63,757 bases of DNA, from IMG/VR virus record IMGVR_UViG_3300019487_000007, one strand, 5' to 3'. The position numbers and the translations under genes are program-made. The notes beneath the pieces were generated by a model. It ran no database searches and was not told where the DNA came from. It worked only from the letters and a program-made list of their open reading frames with translations. Of the stretch, positions 39,612 to 49,655 are shown piece after piece (the first letter of the stretch is position 1; every line of letters begins with the position of its first letter). The stretch comes from a virus.

Positions 39612-42125
39612 ATGAAGCAAAAGCAGCTACCCCCTATCGGGAAGCTGGGAATAGAGGAGGCGAAGAGGAGTTTTGAGGATGGCCTCTACTACAACCACCC
39701 CCTCTACACGAAGTGGCGCTCCACCTATCGGAGGTCCGAGCTCTATGACCAGGGAGCACAGTGGCTTCAGGCGGGGCCCTCGGCGTTTGACGGGGGGACG
39801 TCGCTCTCCCAGTGGGCCTCGATCTATTACGAGCCGAACGATCCGAACTACATCCCTACTCCGGTTTTCAACGAGGGCCACGGGTCGAGGACGAACGAGA
39901 GCGCCCGCCTGGGAAGGCCTAACTATCGTCCGGTTGTACGGCCCAAGAGCGAGAACCCCTCTTACAAGGTGAGGGAGGCCGCAAGGAAGGCCACCGATGT
40001 CCTTCGGCACCGTCTTAAGGAGATAGAGTGGGACCGCCAGGCGTATGTGATGTACTACCACATCCCCGTCTACGGCGGGGTCTGGCTTCGAAGCGAGTGG
40101 GAACAGCGGTGGGACAAGACAGCCCAGACGCCCCTAACGTCGGCCATGAAGTGCCCCGACCCGGAATGCCCCTTTCTCCTCTCCTCCCCGAGGGTTGGAC
40201 CCAACTATCGAGAGAAGGCCTCCTTCCTTGGAAGTGAGCTTGCCCCGATCCAGCCCGATCTTTCCTACAATGTCACGAATTGCCCGACCTGTCCAGGGCA
40301 TCCGCCCCTTCAGCCCTTCTCTCCCACCCTGGGGGAGGCCGCCACGGGCCACGATTTCCTGGGACGCTCCTTGGGGACAGCTCAGCCCCTTGGAGATTGG
40401 CTTCTCTCAGTGAGGTCGCCCTACGACGTCTTTCCGAAGAACCTTGGTTTCATGATGGCTCCAGGGGATGTGAACGAGTGGCGGGAGGTCCATGTTGAGA
40501 CCCTTGATTGGGTGGCCCTTCACTATCCCGAGAAGGCGGACAAGGTGGAGCCGGACCGCCCCGATGTGATTGCGAAATACCACCCGCTCTTCGGCGCCCC
40601 CGACATGTATGGGAGTGTCCTCGATTCGAAGGTCTTGAAGGAGGCCGTTCGAGTCATGGAATGGCACAAGAAGCCTTGGATGGAGAGGGTTCAGGATTCG
40701 GAGGGCAATGTCACCTTCCGGCTCAACGAGGGCCGCTCTATCATCATCGCGGGGGATCAGATCCTCCTCGACGCGCCCTTTCTCATTCCCTCCCCGACCG
40801 ACCCCCTGAAGAAGGTTCCGAGGATTTTGATGGACTATGTGCCTTGGGAGGTCCGAGATGGGGCCCGTTATCTGCAAGGGCTGTCTCTCTGGGAGCTTCT
40901 CTTCGATCCCCAAGACAATGCGAATGAGATTCGCTCTCAGGCTCAAAGCGTCCGTCAACGGCTGGCTGTTCCGCTCTACATCGCCTTGAAGGAACACAAC
41001 CTGGAGATCGCCACAAGAGATGGCGTCCCGGGAAGGTTTGCCTTCATTGACGTTCATCCAGACGCGCCCAACATGGTTCCCCAAATCATCAACAACTCCA
41101 CCATCGCGGATGGGGTCTGGAGAGAACTCCAAGACACGGTCTCCTCTCTTGAGAAGTATGCGGGGAACGTGGAGGTGGAAAAGGGGCAGGTGCCCCCGAA
41201 TGTGGAGGCCGCCCTTGCCATCCAATATCTGAAGACCTACGCGGGGGAGAAGCGGGAACCCCGGATCAAGCGAATCGAGGAGTGCCTCAAGCGTCTCTGG
41301 AAGCACGGTCTCGAATTGATGACCGCCTTCTACATAGAGCCTCGAGAGGTCTCCTATGAGAACGAGGCGGGAGAGGAACGGTGGAGCTTCCTCCTTGGAG
41401 AGGACATCAAGGGAGAGGTTAACATCACTGTCGAGAGTGAGGCCGATTTCGATGAGAAGGCCCGCTCGCAGGAACTTGTCCTCTCCCTGTCAGAGAGGGG
41501 ATTCCTTAATCCGCAAGACCCAAATGTGGCTCGTGAGGTTGCCCGGATCCTTGATGCCCCCGAGAGCCTCTTCGAGGAGCAAGACATCCAGAAGGACGCG
41601 GCGCAGAGGGAGTACATTGAGTTCAAGGAGTCAGGGAAGATACCTGTTGTAGACCCCTCCTTAGATGACCACGCTGCCCACGCGAGGCAGCACGGGATTG
41701 ATTCGATGGGTGAATATTGCCGCTCCCTTGAGGAGGCCGGCAACTGGGACGGCGCTCTGAAGGTCCTCGGGGCAAATTGGGATCTCGTCCTTCAGCAGGC
41801 AATGATGACCCCGGCTCCCGTGTGCCTCCAAGAGAAAATCTACCAGGCGTGGACAGCCGTCCTTCAGCAGGCTTCCACCCCGCCAATTGACCCCATGACG
41901 GGGGTTCCCCTTGAGGGGGTGCCTCTCCTTTTTGAGCCTCCCCAAGACGCGGAGGCCCTAGATAAGATCCTTAGATGGAGGGCTCACCTGGAAGACCATC
42001 GCCTCCAGGGGCAGCTTAAGCAACTTCAAGCGATGCAACAGCCTGTGCTGGCGGCCCCCGGGGCGCCGGAAGCAGAGGGCGGACTTCAACCCACCCCGGA
42101 AAATCCCGCACAGACGGGACAGTAG
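39612..42125 (+). CDS. Portal protein candidate (837 aa) with Cys4 insertion
   Basis: Called from its size and its position after the terminase and before the scaffold and capsid genes. Insert MKCPDPECP..NCPTCPG at about 40146-40295. Confidence 0.6.
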   Translation: MKQKQLPPIGKLGIEEAKRSFEDGLYYNHPLYTKWRSTYRRSELYDQGAQWLQAGPSAFDGGTSLSQWASIYYEPNDPNYIPTPVFNEGHGSRTNESARLGRPNYRPVVRPKSENPSYKVREAARKATDVLRHRLKEIEWDRQAYVMYYHIPVYGGVWLRSEWEQRWDKTAQTPLTSAMKCPDPECPFLLSSPRVGPNYREKASFLGSELAPIQPDLSYNVTNCPTCPGHPPLQPFSPTLGEAATGHDFLGRSLGTAQPLGDWLLSVRSPYDVFPKNLGFMMAPGDVNEWREVHVETLDWVALHYPEKADKVEPDRPDVIAKYHPLFGAPDMYGSVLDSKVLKEAVRVMEWHKKPWMERVQDSEGNVTFRLNEGRSIIIAGDQILLDAPFLIPSPTDPLKKVPRILMDYVPWEVRDGARYLQGLSLWELLFDPQDNANEIRSQAQSVRQRLAVPLYIALKEHNLEIATRDGVPGRFAFIDVHPDAPNMVPQIINNSTIADGVWRELQDTVSSLEKYAGNVEVEKGQVPPNVEAALAIQYLKTYAGEKREPRIKRIEECLKRLWKHGLELMTAFYIEPREVSYENEAGEERWSFLLGEDIKGEVNITVESEADFDEKARSQELVLSLSERGFLNPQDPNVAREVARILDAPESLFEEQDIQKDAAQREYIEFKESGKIPVVDPSLDDHAAHARQHGIDSMGEYCRSLEEAGNWDGALKVLGANWDLVLQQAMMTPAPVCLQEKIYQAWTAVLQQASTPPIDPMTGVPLEGVPLLFEPPQDAEALDKILRWRAHLEDHRLQGQLKQLQAMQQPVLAAPGAPEAEGGLQPTPENPAQTGQ

Positions 42126-42133
42126 GAGCTTAA

Positions 42134-42385
42134 ATGGCTGATACGAAAGGATATGTAAGGGATCCCAAGACGGGCCGCATGGTCCCCTCTGACTACACTA
42201 AGCAGGAAGAGGGTAAATACAAGCCGTCTGAGATTAGTCCGGGAGGCTTGGGCGACCTAGCAAAGCGGCTGGCCGAGGAACGTCGGAAGCGGGAGGAGGA
42301 AGAGAGGCGGAAAAAGGAGGAAGAGGAGAAGAAAAAGGAGGCTAAGAAGAAGGCCCAGAAGGAAGAACTTAAGGAGAAGGAGTAG
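42134..42385 (+). CDS. Lys/Glu-rich small protein (83 aa)
   Basis: ORF with an EERRKREEEERRKKEEEEKKKEAKKK tail. Confidence 0.5.
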   Translation: MADTKGYVRDPKTGRMVPSDYTKQEEGKYKPSEISPGGLGDLAKRLAEERRKREEEERRKKEEEEKKKEAKKKAQKEELKEKE

Positions 42386-42402
42386 GAATTTCCCTCCTCC
42401 CT

Positions 42403-42416
42403 GGGTATATACACCC
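42403..42416 (+). repeat. 14-mer GGGTATATACACCC, copy 3 of 3
   Basis: Exact 14-mer, 6 nt upstream of the -35 hexamer at 42423. Confidence 0.8.
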
Positions 42417-42422
42417 AAGACC

Positions 42423-42451
42423 TTGACATTTCCGCCCCTTTTTGTTATAAT
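42423..42451 (+). promoter_or_regulatory. Perfect consensus sigma70 promoter ahead of the scaffold/capsid genes
   Basis: TTGACA-17 nt-TATAAT. Confidence 0.7.
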
Positions 42452-42502
42452 CGGGGACGTGAAAAGAGTTCTCTCGGAGGACAAGAAGGAGAATAACTGT
42501 AA

Positions 42503-43759
42503 ATGACTGGAACAGTTGGACTTGCAGGAAACGACGCTGTTCTCACCCCCGACATGGCCCAGGTCGAGGCATCGGCGGAGAGAGAGCTAGGAGAACTCCT
42601 AAGATCGGGGGCCCCCGCCTCCGAAGGGACGGCTGCCGAGCCGCCCCCTGAGACCCAATCTCAGCCGGAGACCCCTCCTGAAGCGCAGCCGGATCAAACG
42701 GTTGCGGCTAAAGGGGAAGAGTCGCCATCGGTAACATCGCCTCCCTCTGTGGAGGATGAGTCTGTCAAGCGATATGAGAGCATGTATGGGGGCGACAGGG
42801 TTGCCGCCGCCAAGGCAGCTCTTGAGACCAACACCCGTGCGGCCCAGATGGCCACAAAGCTGCGAGAGCTTGGGTTCGATCCCAAGACCGGGCAGCCACT
42901 CTCGGGAGCGGTGGAGAGGCGGACGGAGCAAACGTCCCCTCCCCTTGCCGACGAGAGAACCGTCCAGGGCCACGTCAACCAGATCCTTGATAGCGACCCT
43001 GTCTTTTCTGGCTACGTCCAGGAGTTCGTCTCCAATAAGGGGCTTATTGAGGGCGTCTCTAAGGAACGATCCGAAGTTGAGCGTTCGCTCAACCAGGCAA
43101 AGTTTGCTTTAGAGATTCCCCAGGTGAAGGCCGACCCTCTAGAGGTCGACCGATACAACTCCCATATTGATCGCATGGAGACGAAGCTTCTTCAGCTTGA
43201 TTTGAAGAAGTCGAACCTGGAGGGCCGTCAGGAACGTCTTGACGTTCTGGCGACCCAGCGTGCCAACCTTACCAAGGATGCCGTTCATCGTGAGCTGAAT
43301 GCGGTCCTTGGAGAGAGGGAAGAAAGGGCAGCCCATGAGTCACTTGTTTCAGAATACCGCGCTGAGTTCGCGGTAGCATTCCCGAACGCAATCGACAAGG
43401 CGATCAAGGATTTCAAGATCCCTCAGTCTGAAGTCGATGACTTCAAGGCTGACGTTAGGGCACGCGCCCTGGCGGCCGTGGCTCTCGATACCTCTGATCC
43501 TATCGAGGACGTCTACGGGTTTGTGTCTTCTGCGGCAAAGGTCCTGATGGACCGATACGATCGGTATCATCGGGGAAAGTCTGCGGAGTACGCGAAGGCG
43601 GCCCAGTCCCGAACGGCCACGGCCACTTCTACAGCGCCCCCCGCCGCTCCTGTGACTCAATCATCCACCCCCGAGCAACACAAGTCCCTCTACGACTACG
43701 AACAGGAGCTCGCCAAGGAGGCGGCCCTGGTAGCGAAACAGATGGGGCTATTTTCCTAA
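42503..43759 (+). CDS. Scaffolding protein candidate (418 aa)
   Basis: Lies immediately upstream of the capsid candidate. Acidic P/E/Q-rich N-terminus and long helical heptad-like regions. Confidence 0.5.
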   Translation: MTGTVGLAGNDAVLTPDMAQVEASAERELGELLRSGAPASEGTAAEPPPETQSQPETPPEAQPDQTVAAKGEESPSVTSPPSVEDESVKRYESMYGGDRVAAAKAALETNTRAAQMATKLRELGFDPKTGQPLSGAVERRTEQTSPPLADERTVQGHVNQILDSDPVFSGYVQEFVSNKGLIEGVSKERSEVERSLNQAKFALEIPQVKADPLEVDRYNSHIDRMETKLLQLDLKKSNLEGRQERLDVLATQRANLTKDAVHRELNAVLGEREERAAHESLVSEYRAEFAVAFPNAIDKAIKDFKIPQSEVDDFKADVRARALAAVALDTSDPIEDVYGFVSSAAKVLMDRYDRYHRGKSAEYAKAAQSRTATATSTAPPAAPVTQSSTPEQHKSLYDYEQELAKEAALVAKQMGLFS

Positions 43760-43774
43760 GAGGTAGTTTTACCA

Positions 43775-45073
43775 ATGGCTACTACAACCTCCAACTTTTC
43801 GAACTATCTGATTCGGGTCTACACCCGGGGTAAGTTCGCTCCGTTCGAGAGATCACTGACGAAGTTCCTCGATTCCCTTGAGGATGCTTCGAACGAGCCG
43901 GCCGTCGGCACTGGCCGCCGGTTCGGCATCTGGGTGTCGGATGCCCACAACGCGGCTGCGGCTGCTGAGGGTTCCGTCTTCCCTGACCTTAACACTCCTA
44001 CCGTTCTTCAGGCTGAGATCACGCCCATTACTGTGGCGTCTGCTTTCGGTCTGACCGAGCAGGCTCTTTATCGGGGCGTGCAGGAAGGCACTCTGAATGA
44101 GTCCATCCTCAACCAGCACGTCACGATGACGATGCGGAACCTGCTCTCCGCGGTGAACCGTCTGACTGTGGCGGGGCATGGCACGGGCCGTATGGCTCGG
44201 GTCGCGACCACCACTGTCGCCTCGACGACCTTCACTACGGACCTTCCTGAGGCTGCGTTCCAGCTTCGACGTGGTATGACCATCGACTTCTTCGACCTGG
44301 ACACTGGTGGTACGAAGCAAGGCGCGACCGAGACCATCTTGAATGTGAACTACTTCACCCGGGTTGTGACTATCGGAAACGCGCGCTCTCTGACTGCCGG
44401 TTGGGGCGTCTACAAGGCTCTGACGTCTTCGGTTTCGTCCTACGGTGTGGCCACTAACGGCCTCCGTGGAATCGCTGACGACGGCACCCTCCAGACTACC
44501 ATCTATGGTCTCTCTCGTTCGACCAACCCCTCCTTGAACGCTAACGTGTTTACTGCCTCCGCCTCCTCGCCTCAGAGCTTCTCTGAGTCGCTGGTGCGGA
44601 AGGCCGTCCACGCTATCGAGGTCGAGGCGGACGTGGTTGGCACGGAGATCTGGTGCAACCTCGGAATCGTCTCTGAGTATCTGAAGGTCACCATTCCCGA
44701 CCGGCGCTTCAATGTGAGCGGTGCGGGCGTGCCTGACTACAACATGGGGTACAAGCAGGATTCCATCAAGTTCCAGTACGGTGGCCAAGCCATCCCCTTC
44801 AAGGTGGACAAGGACTACCCCGCTCGGGAGTTTGTGGTTGTGTCGAAGCCGTTCTTCCGTCGGCACGTCACCAAGAAGGCCTCGTGGGTGGGCGACGGAA
44901 CTGATGCTTCCGGGAGTGGATCCCCGATTCTGCTTCAGGCCCCTTCGACCACGACCTACTCGTTCAGCAAGATCGCTGCGATGAGCTGGGATGGCAACAT
45001 CTCGCATCGTCAGCCGAGATTGAACACGAGAGTCACCAACGTCGCCGATTCCGAACTCGCGGGCGACAGCTAA
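43775..45073 (+). CDS. Major capsid protein candidate (432 aa)
   Basis: Position after the scaffold candidate, downstream of the consensus promoter, and followed by a strong hairpin. No motif-level proof. Confidence 0.6.
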   Translation: MATTTSNFSNYLIRVYTRGKFAPFERSLTKFLDSLEDASNEPAVGTGRRFGIWVSDAHNAAAAAEGSVFPDLNTPTVLQAEITPITVASAFGLTEQALYRGVQEGTLNESILNQHVTMTMRNLLSAVNRLTVAGHGTGRMARVATTTVASTTFTTDLPEAAFQLRRGMTIDFFDLDTGGTKQGATETILNVNYFTRVVTIGNARSLTAGWGVYKALTSSVSSYGVATNGLRGIADDGTLQTTIYGLSRSTNPSLNANVFTASASSPQSFSESLVRKAVHAIEVEADVVGTEIWCNLGIVSEYLKVTIPDRRFNVSGAGVPDYNMGYKQDSIKFQYGGQAIPFKVDKDYPAREFVVVSKPFFRRHVTKKASWVGDGTDASGSGSPILLQAPSTTTYSFSKIAAMSWDGNISHRQPRLNTRVTNVADSELAGDS

Positions 45074-45117
45074 AAAAAAACATCCAGCAGGGGGCTAAAA
45101 AACATCTAGGAATAAAC

Positions 45118-45141
45118 GGGGAGGGCGGCGACGTCCTCCCC
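45118..45141 (+). terminator. Strong hairpin after the capsid gene (terminator or stabiliser; no U-tract)
   Basis: GGGGAGG-GCG-GCGA-CGU-CCUCCCC, about a 10-bp stem with a GNRA loop. Confidence 0.35.
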
Positions 45142-45191
45142 ACTTCCACACTAGAGGCCGGCCTGAGAACCGTCCTCTTAAGGAGTTTCAA

Positions 45192-45830
45192 ATGGCAATT
45201 GTTTCTCGTAACATCGACTTCTCTCAGGGCGCCCTGGGGCCGGGGATCAAGGACAATCCGAATGCACAGTTCAACCTCGATCTTCAGACCGCCCGCGGGA
45301 CTAAGCCGATTCGACTTAACTCGCGTAACACCTCCGATACGTCTGGAAACCTGATTGGTCTTCAGTGCAAGCCGGGGGGTGCTGGCGGGGCTGCTGCTAC
45401 TGCGAGCGTTACTGCGGCTGAGTTCTCTCCCCGCTTTGCTGATGGCACCGCTGGCGACAGCCTTATCGCGGCCAAGTTCGATCCCATTCTTCAGGGGTCG
45501 AGCGGTGCGGGTGGGAACCTCTCTGGTGCGCTGCGTGGCGTTGAAGTAAACCTCACTGACGGGAACGGCGGGACGCGCACCATCACTGGGACGTCGGCGG
45601 CCTTTCGTGTCTTCCAGCAGCTCACCACCAAGACCTTCACGAACGGTCTTTTCGTCCTTCACGTGGAGGCGGCTGGGGGCGGGGTGGCGTGGACTGGTTT
45701 CGCGGCTCTCCCCGACGATGCGCAGGTCAGTTCGACGACTGGCTCTGAGCCGGCGCTTCCCGCGAACACGGGCTTCATTCGTGTGCGGGTGGGATCGACG
45801 CTTCTGAAGATCCCCCTTTACGCAAACTAA
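45192..45830 (+). CDS. virion structural protein (212 aa; possibly capsid decoration)
   Basis: Shine-Dalgarno AAGGAG. Gly/Ala/Thr-rich, ending IRVRVGSTLLKIPLYAN. Position next to the capsid gene. Confidence 0.45.
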   Translation: MAIVSRNIDFSQGALGPGIKDNPNAQFNLDLQTARGTKPIRLNSRNTSDTSGNLIGLQCKPGGAGGAAATASVTAAEFSPRFADGTAGDSLIAAKFDPILQGSSGAGGNLSGALRGVEVNLTDGNGGTRTITGTSAAFRVFQQLTTKTFTNGLFVLHVEAAGGGVAWTGFAALPDDAQVSSTTGSEPALPANTGFIRVRVGSTLLKIPLYAN

Positions 45831-45847
45831 GGGACTGGGGGAGAAGG

Positions 45848-46039
45848 ATGGGACTCACAAAAGACGTTCTAGTTAACTACCAGAAGGCGCTTCTTGGTGA
45901 CAGGGAGCGCCTCCTTTCTCACCTTAACGTGACTATCGGCCAGCTTGAGACGGTGGGGCGCCTGCTCTCCATCGTCGAGGCCGAAGAGAGGGGAGAGGTC
46001 GTTGATGCTGAGCAGGTCTTGGGGATCCTCAAAAAGTGA
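45848..46039 (+). CDS. hypothetical protein (63 aa)
   Basis: ORF with a GTGA overlap downstream. Confidence 0.5.
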   Translation: MGLTKDVLVNYQKALLGDRERLLSHLNVTIGQLETVGRLLSIVEAEERGEVVDAEQVLGILKK

Positions 46040-46752
46040 CGGGCTTCTTCAGCGACGGCGTGACGATTTATCCCTCTTTGAGGGGGAAGCCCTCCGTTAT
46101 TGAACTCTCGAAGGATGCTGTCTGGCGCTGCAAGGAGACGGTCTTCACGGCCGTCTTCCCGGCTGGCGATGAACCTTCCCCCTTCATCATTGAAGAGTGC
46201 CGAAGGTATGATCCAAACTTCGTGGTCCTGTGGAGCTGGAAGGTGATGGAAACGCCGGCCAAGACGGAGGAGAAGCTGGGACATTACGTCATTTGCCGCT
46301 ACGTCCCCTCCTACGCGGAAAAGAGTGGTCTGACTAAACGTCCGGTCAAGCTTGGGGCTATCCCGGCGAACTTCCCTTTTGACCCCTCTCGAATCTTCGA
46401 GTTGGAGAGTTGGACGGTGAGGTGGCCGAAGGGCTCTCGGGGAGCGCGCCTTGGAATTCCCGACATGCCCAAACCCTTCGATGAGAAGGTGATTGATTAC
46501 GTTCGCTACAACGAGTGGTGCCACTCGAGAAACAGCGTGCAGGATGCCCTTCGTTTTCTGAAGGAGGCTGAGGAGGCCGACCAGAAAGAACTCGAAAAGG
46601 TGGTCGCCGAGGCCGAGTACGCGTTGAAGCAAGACTGGAACGACATGAAGAAGTGTGTTGAGGAGGGGAGATTGCTGCCGCCCATTTTCGAGCCATCTCC
46701 TTTCGTTCTGTTGGGCCATGATGGCCCCAAGGAGACTAAAGTCAATGAGTAG
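46036..46752 (+). CDS. hypothetical structural-module protein (238 aa)
   Basis: ORF with no motif. Confidence 0.55.
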   Translation: MTGFFSDGVTIYPSLRGKPSVIELSKDAVWRCKETVFTAVFPAGDEPSPFIIEECRRYDPNFVVLWSWKVMETPAKTEEKLGHYVICRYVPSYAEKSGLTKRPVKLGAIPANFPFDPSRIFELESWTVRWPKGSRGARLGIPDMPKPFDEKVIDYVRYNEWCHSRNSVQDALRFLKEAEEADQKELEKVVAEAEYALKQDWNDMKKCVEEGRLLPPIFEPSPFVLLGHDGPKETKVNE

Positions 46753-47623
46753 TATTCAGTTGCCGTCCCTTGAGCCGGCTGAGGTCAAGCGCCGTCTCCG
46801 AGAGTCGGCCCCCACCTTTCTGGTCTACAACCCGGCCCCCGAATGGTTCGCGCCGCAGTATAACGGATCGTTCTTCTACTTTCCTCCCTCCCTGGGGGAT
46901 GACATCTTCGTTGACCATCCCACTATCCGAGATGACAACGGAAAGGTTCTCAAGGTGCGAGCGGACGGTATTCTCAAGATCAAAGACCGTTATGGCGTGA
47001 TCTATGGTAAGGAGGCCAAGCCCTGCTACCATCCGGTCTATGGTTACTCCATTGGTTGGGCACGTCCGATAGCTGACGCTCAGGGAAAGATTGAGGAGGA
47101 GACCGCCGATAGGGTGGTCCAGTTCCTCACTACGAAGTACGGAGCGCAGGCCCTCGATCCCTCGATGCGGTTGGGCCTGACGTTGCTTTCCGGGGACCCT
47201 GAAGTCGATAAGCCGATTAAGCTGGCGGCCCGCGCCCTTTGGGCCGAGGCCCACCGTGCTTGGGCGGAGGGAGTGCGTCAGGGGCGGCTCCAGTTTCTTG
47301 AGAAGTGGCGCCACGACAACCCGGGCCGCACTGACTTTCCCCCGATGAGCGCTCGCGAGAGAAAGGCTGAAGAGATTCTTCTTCAGGTGGAGGAGGCGAA
47401 GGTGGCTTCTTCCCTCCACTTCATCTGCTCTCACGGTGACTTCGAAACGGACAATGAGGGACTCTACAAGAAGCACATTAAGGTGAGGCATCCGAGTGAA
47501 GAGGATAAGAAAGAGGTGGCTCCCCTTGTGAAGAGGGGGCCCGGTCGGCCTAGGAAGTATCCCCTCCCCACCAAGGAGGAGCTCTTCGAGGACTCGCTCT
47601 CCGAGGTCGTTAGCGAGAACTAA
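46745..47623 (+). CDS. hypothetical structural-module protein (292 aa)
   Basis: Start refined to the ATG at 46745 (MSSIQLPSLE), 8 nt before the upstream stop. Confidence 0.55.
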   Translation: MSSIQLPSLEPAEVKRRLRESAPTFLVYNPAPEWFAPQYNGSFFYFPPSLGDDIFVDHPTIRDDNGKVLKVRADGILKIKDRYGVIYGKEAKPCYHPVYGYSIGWARPIADAQGKIEEETADRVVQFLTTKYGAQALDPSMRLGLTLLSGDPEVDKPIKLAARALWAEAHRAWAEGVRQGRLQFLEKWRHDNPGRTDFPPMSARERKAEEILLQVEEAKVASSLHFICSHGDFETDNEGLYKKHIKVRHPSEEDKKEVAPLVKRGPGRPRKYPLPTKEELFEDSLSEVVSEN

Positions 47624-47632
47624 GGGGGAGGG

Positions 47633-47953
47633 ATGGCCTGGGAGCTCTTTCGGCGAAATCTCAACTACTGGCGGTTTCGCTTTCCTCAGGTTGTCCTTCT
47701 CGGAACAACTGGCACCATCTCTGGAACGGCCCTCCCCCTCTCCTTCATCAAGCTCTGCCCGGGAGGGCCATCCACAACCGCCAACGGGGCGGGCGATTTC
47801 ATTCTCTCCTACGTTCCCATAGGGACTTATCGGATTATCTCCACAAGCGCCGACAGGGCTCAGCAGGGGAGTGAAGATATTGAGGTCGCTACCGACTCCA
47901 CCACAACCGTTAACTTTACCTACTCCAGTACAAACGACCCAGGCTGTCCTTAG
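47633..47953 (+). CDS. small beta-sandwich-like protein (carboxypeptidase-regulatory-like pattern)
   Basis: ISGTALP..ANGAGDFILSYVPIGTYRII.. Confidence 0.4.
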   Translation: MAWELFRRNLNYWRFRFPQVVLLGTTGTISGTALPLSFIKLCPGGPSTTANGAGDFILSYVPIGTYRIISTSADRAQQGSEDIEVATDSTTTVNFTYSSTNDPGCP

Positions 47954-47961
47954 GAGGTTAA

Positions 47962-49017
47962 ATGGCCGACCTCACCGTTGGGGAGATCATCACGAATCAC
48001 GGGAAGATGTTCCTCAATATTGGGAGCGAGACTGTCGCCCTCGACCAGAACTTCCGTGATCGGACCCGCTTTTACCTTACGATCCTCGCTAAGCGGGTTT
48101 GGGACCTTGCCCCCTTCTGGTTCCGCCTTGCAAGGAATGCCTCCCTCTCCGTCGCGGTGAATGACGAGTCGGTGGCAATGCCCGCCGACTTCTCCCACGC
48201 GGGGGACCAGATGCAGATCTATCTCTCCGGATTCCCCTTCTACCAACTCACTCCCGTCGAGCCGGACGAGCTAAACTCTTACCGCCGAATGGTGGGGAGC
48301 GCCACCGTCATTGGAAGGCCAACCACCTACACTCTAGAGGGAGTTGCCTCGACGGGCCGGCCCCTCCTTCAATTCTGGCCCAAAGCAAACCAACCCTACA
48401 CCCTCCTGGTTGACGAGTACGTCCAGAAGACGCCGGATCTCATTGATCGGCCCGGACCCCCCACGGCCGCGATTGGCGCTGCGGGGGCGCTCTCTGGTGT
48501 TTACTCCTACTTGGTGACGTTCGTCACCGCTTTGGGAGAGACGGAGGCGGGGGTGGTCTCCAATTCGATCACCCTAGCGGCTCAGAAGGGAAACTTGAGT
48601 GGGATCCCCGTCTCGCCGGCCCGCGCCGTCACGGCCCGCAAGATCTACCGAACCGCGGCGGGTGGGACGACCTACGGGCTTGTCACCACCATTTCCGACA
48701 ACACCACAACGACCCTCACGGGGGACGACCTCGTGGATGGGTCATTGGGTGTGGCCCCACCTACCCTCGCTGCGGCCGTCACTGGGATCGAACGTTTCCC
48801 GGCCGATGCAGTGGAGAGGCTCTTTGTGGAGGGCCTACGCACGTTGAGCGGGACCGCCCAAGGTGACCTTCGCGACCGGAAGTGGATGGAAGATTGGATG
48901 AAGACGGTGATCAACTTCTGGGGCGAATACAAGCAGGGCCGTAACGAACCTCTTTCAATGCCGCGCTACGGAGTCATTCGGGGAGTCCGCGCGGGGTTCT
49001 ATCCCCGATGGATCTAG
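47962..49017 (+). CDS. virion structural protein (351 aa; adaptor/neck candidate)
   Basis: Position. Contains the segment ARKIYRTAAGGTTYGLVTTISDNTTTTLTGDD. Confidence 0.45.
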   Translation: MADLTVGEIITNHGKMFLNIGSETVALDQNFRDRTRFYLTILAKRVWDLAPFWFRLARNASLSVAVNDESVAMPADFSHAGDQMQIYLSGFPFYQLTPVEPDELNSYRRMVGSATVIGRPTTYTLEGVASTGRPLLQFWPKANQPYTLLVDEYVQKTPDLIDRPGPPTAAIGAAGALSGVYSYLVTFVTALGETEAGVVSNSITLAAQKGNLSGIPVSPARAVTARKIYRTAAGGTTYGLVTTISDNTTTTLTGDDLVDGSLGVAPPTLAAAVTGIERFPADAVERLFVEGLRTLSGTAQGDLRDRKWMEDWMKTVINFWGEYKQGRNEPLSMPRYGVIRGVRAGFYPRWI

Positions 49018-49025
49018 GATTCTAA

Positions 49026-49646
49026 ATGCCCTTCACTCGCACCCTTTTCTACGACTACGATATTCCGGCGGATCTCACCTACGGCAGGTTCCTCGATCAG
49101 ACCAACATCAGGGGATTCATTCAGACCTCGGGCTCGTCTGTCACCACAACGGCTGTGGAGCCCTCCGGCGACGGGGCAACTCCCTTTGACCAGGTGGCGG
49201 TTGATGACTGGCTCCTGGTCGAGACGGACACGAGTGGGACGCAGCTTCGCCGCCGCGTGGCAACCAAGGCCTCTTCTACCTCCATCACCGTGAACTCTGC
49301 GTGGGACCTCTCTGGTGGGAAGGCCGCGAAGCTCCTTCCCTTTAGGAGTGGAACCGCCGCCACCGACGGTAGGGTCTTTGTCGGGACGCTCAAGAACGTC
49401 ACCGTCTCGTGGAACCTCACTACCCTGGGGGCGACCGACGTTAGACTCGTCGTCGAGGCAAAGATGAGCGACCCAGATGCGGTTTGGACCACCCTCCTTG
49501 ATCGCACCATGAGCGCCACCGAGAGTGATTCCTTCTCCGTTACGGAGCCTTGGAGCTTCGTGCGGGTGGGAGTGGAAGAGACCACTGGAAGCGGCACTGA
49601 CTCGATCGACGTTTATCTGACCGCTGACGACAACGTCTCGGTCTAA
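49026..49646 (+). CDS. virion structural protein (206 aa)
   Basis: ORF in the structural string. Confidence 0.5.
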   Translation: MPFTRTLFYDYDIPADLTYGRFLDQTNIRGFIQTSGSSVTTTAVEPSGDGATPFDQVAVDDWLLVETDTSGTQLRRRVATKASSTSITVNSAWDLSGGKAAKLLPFRSGTAATDGRVFVGTLKNVTVSWNLTTLGATDVRLVVEAKMSDPDAVWTTLLDRTMSATESDSFSVTEPWSFVRVGVEETTGSGTDSIDVYLTADDNVSV

Positions 49647-49655
49647 GGAGTAAAG

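Noticed and set aside
45071-45080. An A9 run overlapping the capsid stop codon (TAAAAAAAAA) as a possible slippage or readthrough site.
   Set aside because: Adding or removing A residues after the T leaves the TAA intact. The downstream frames hit stops quickly, so no extended capsid product is possible.
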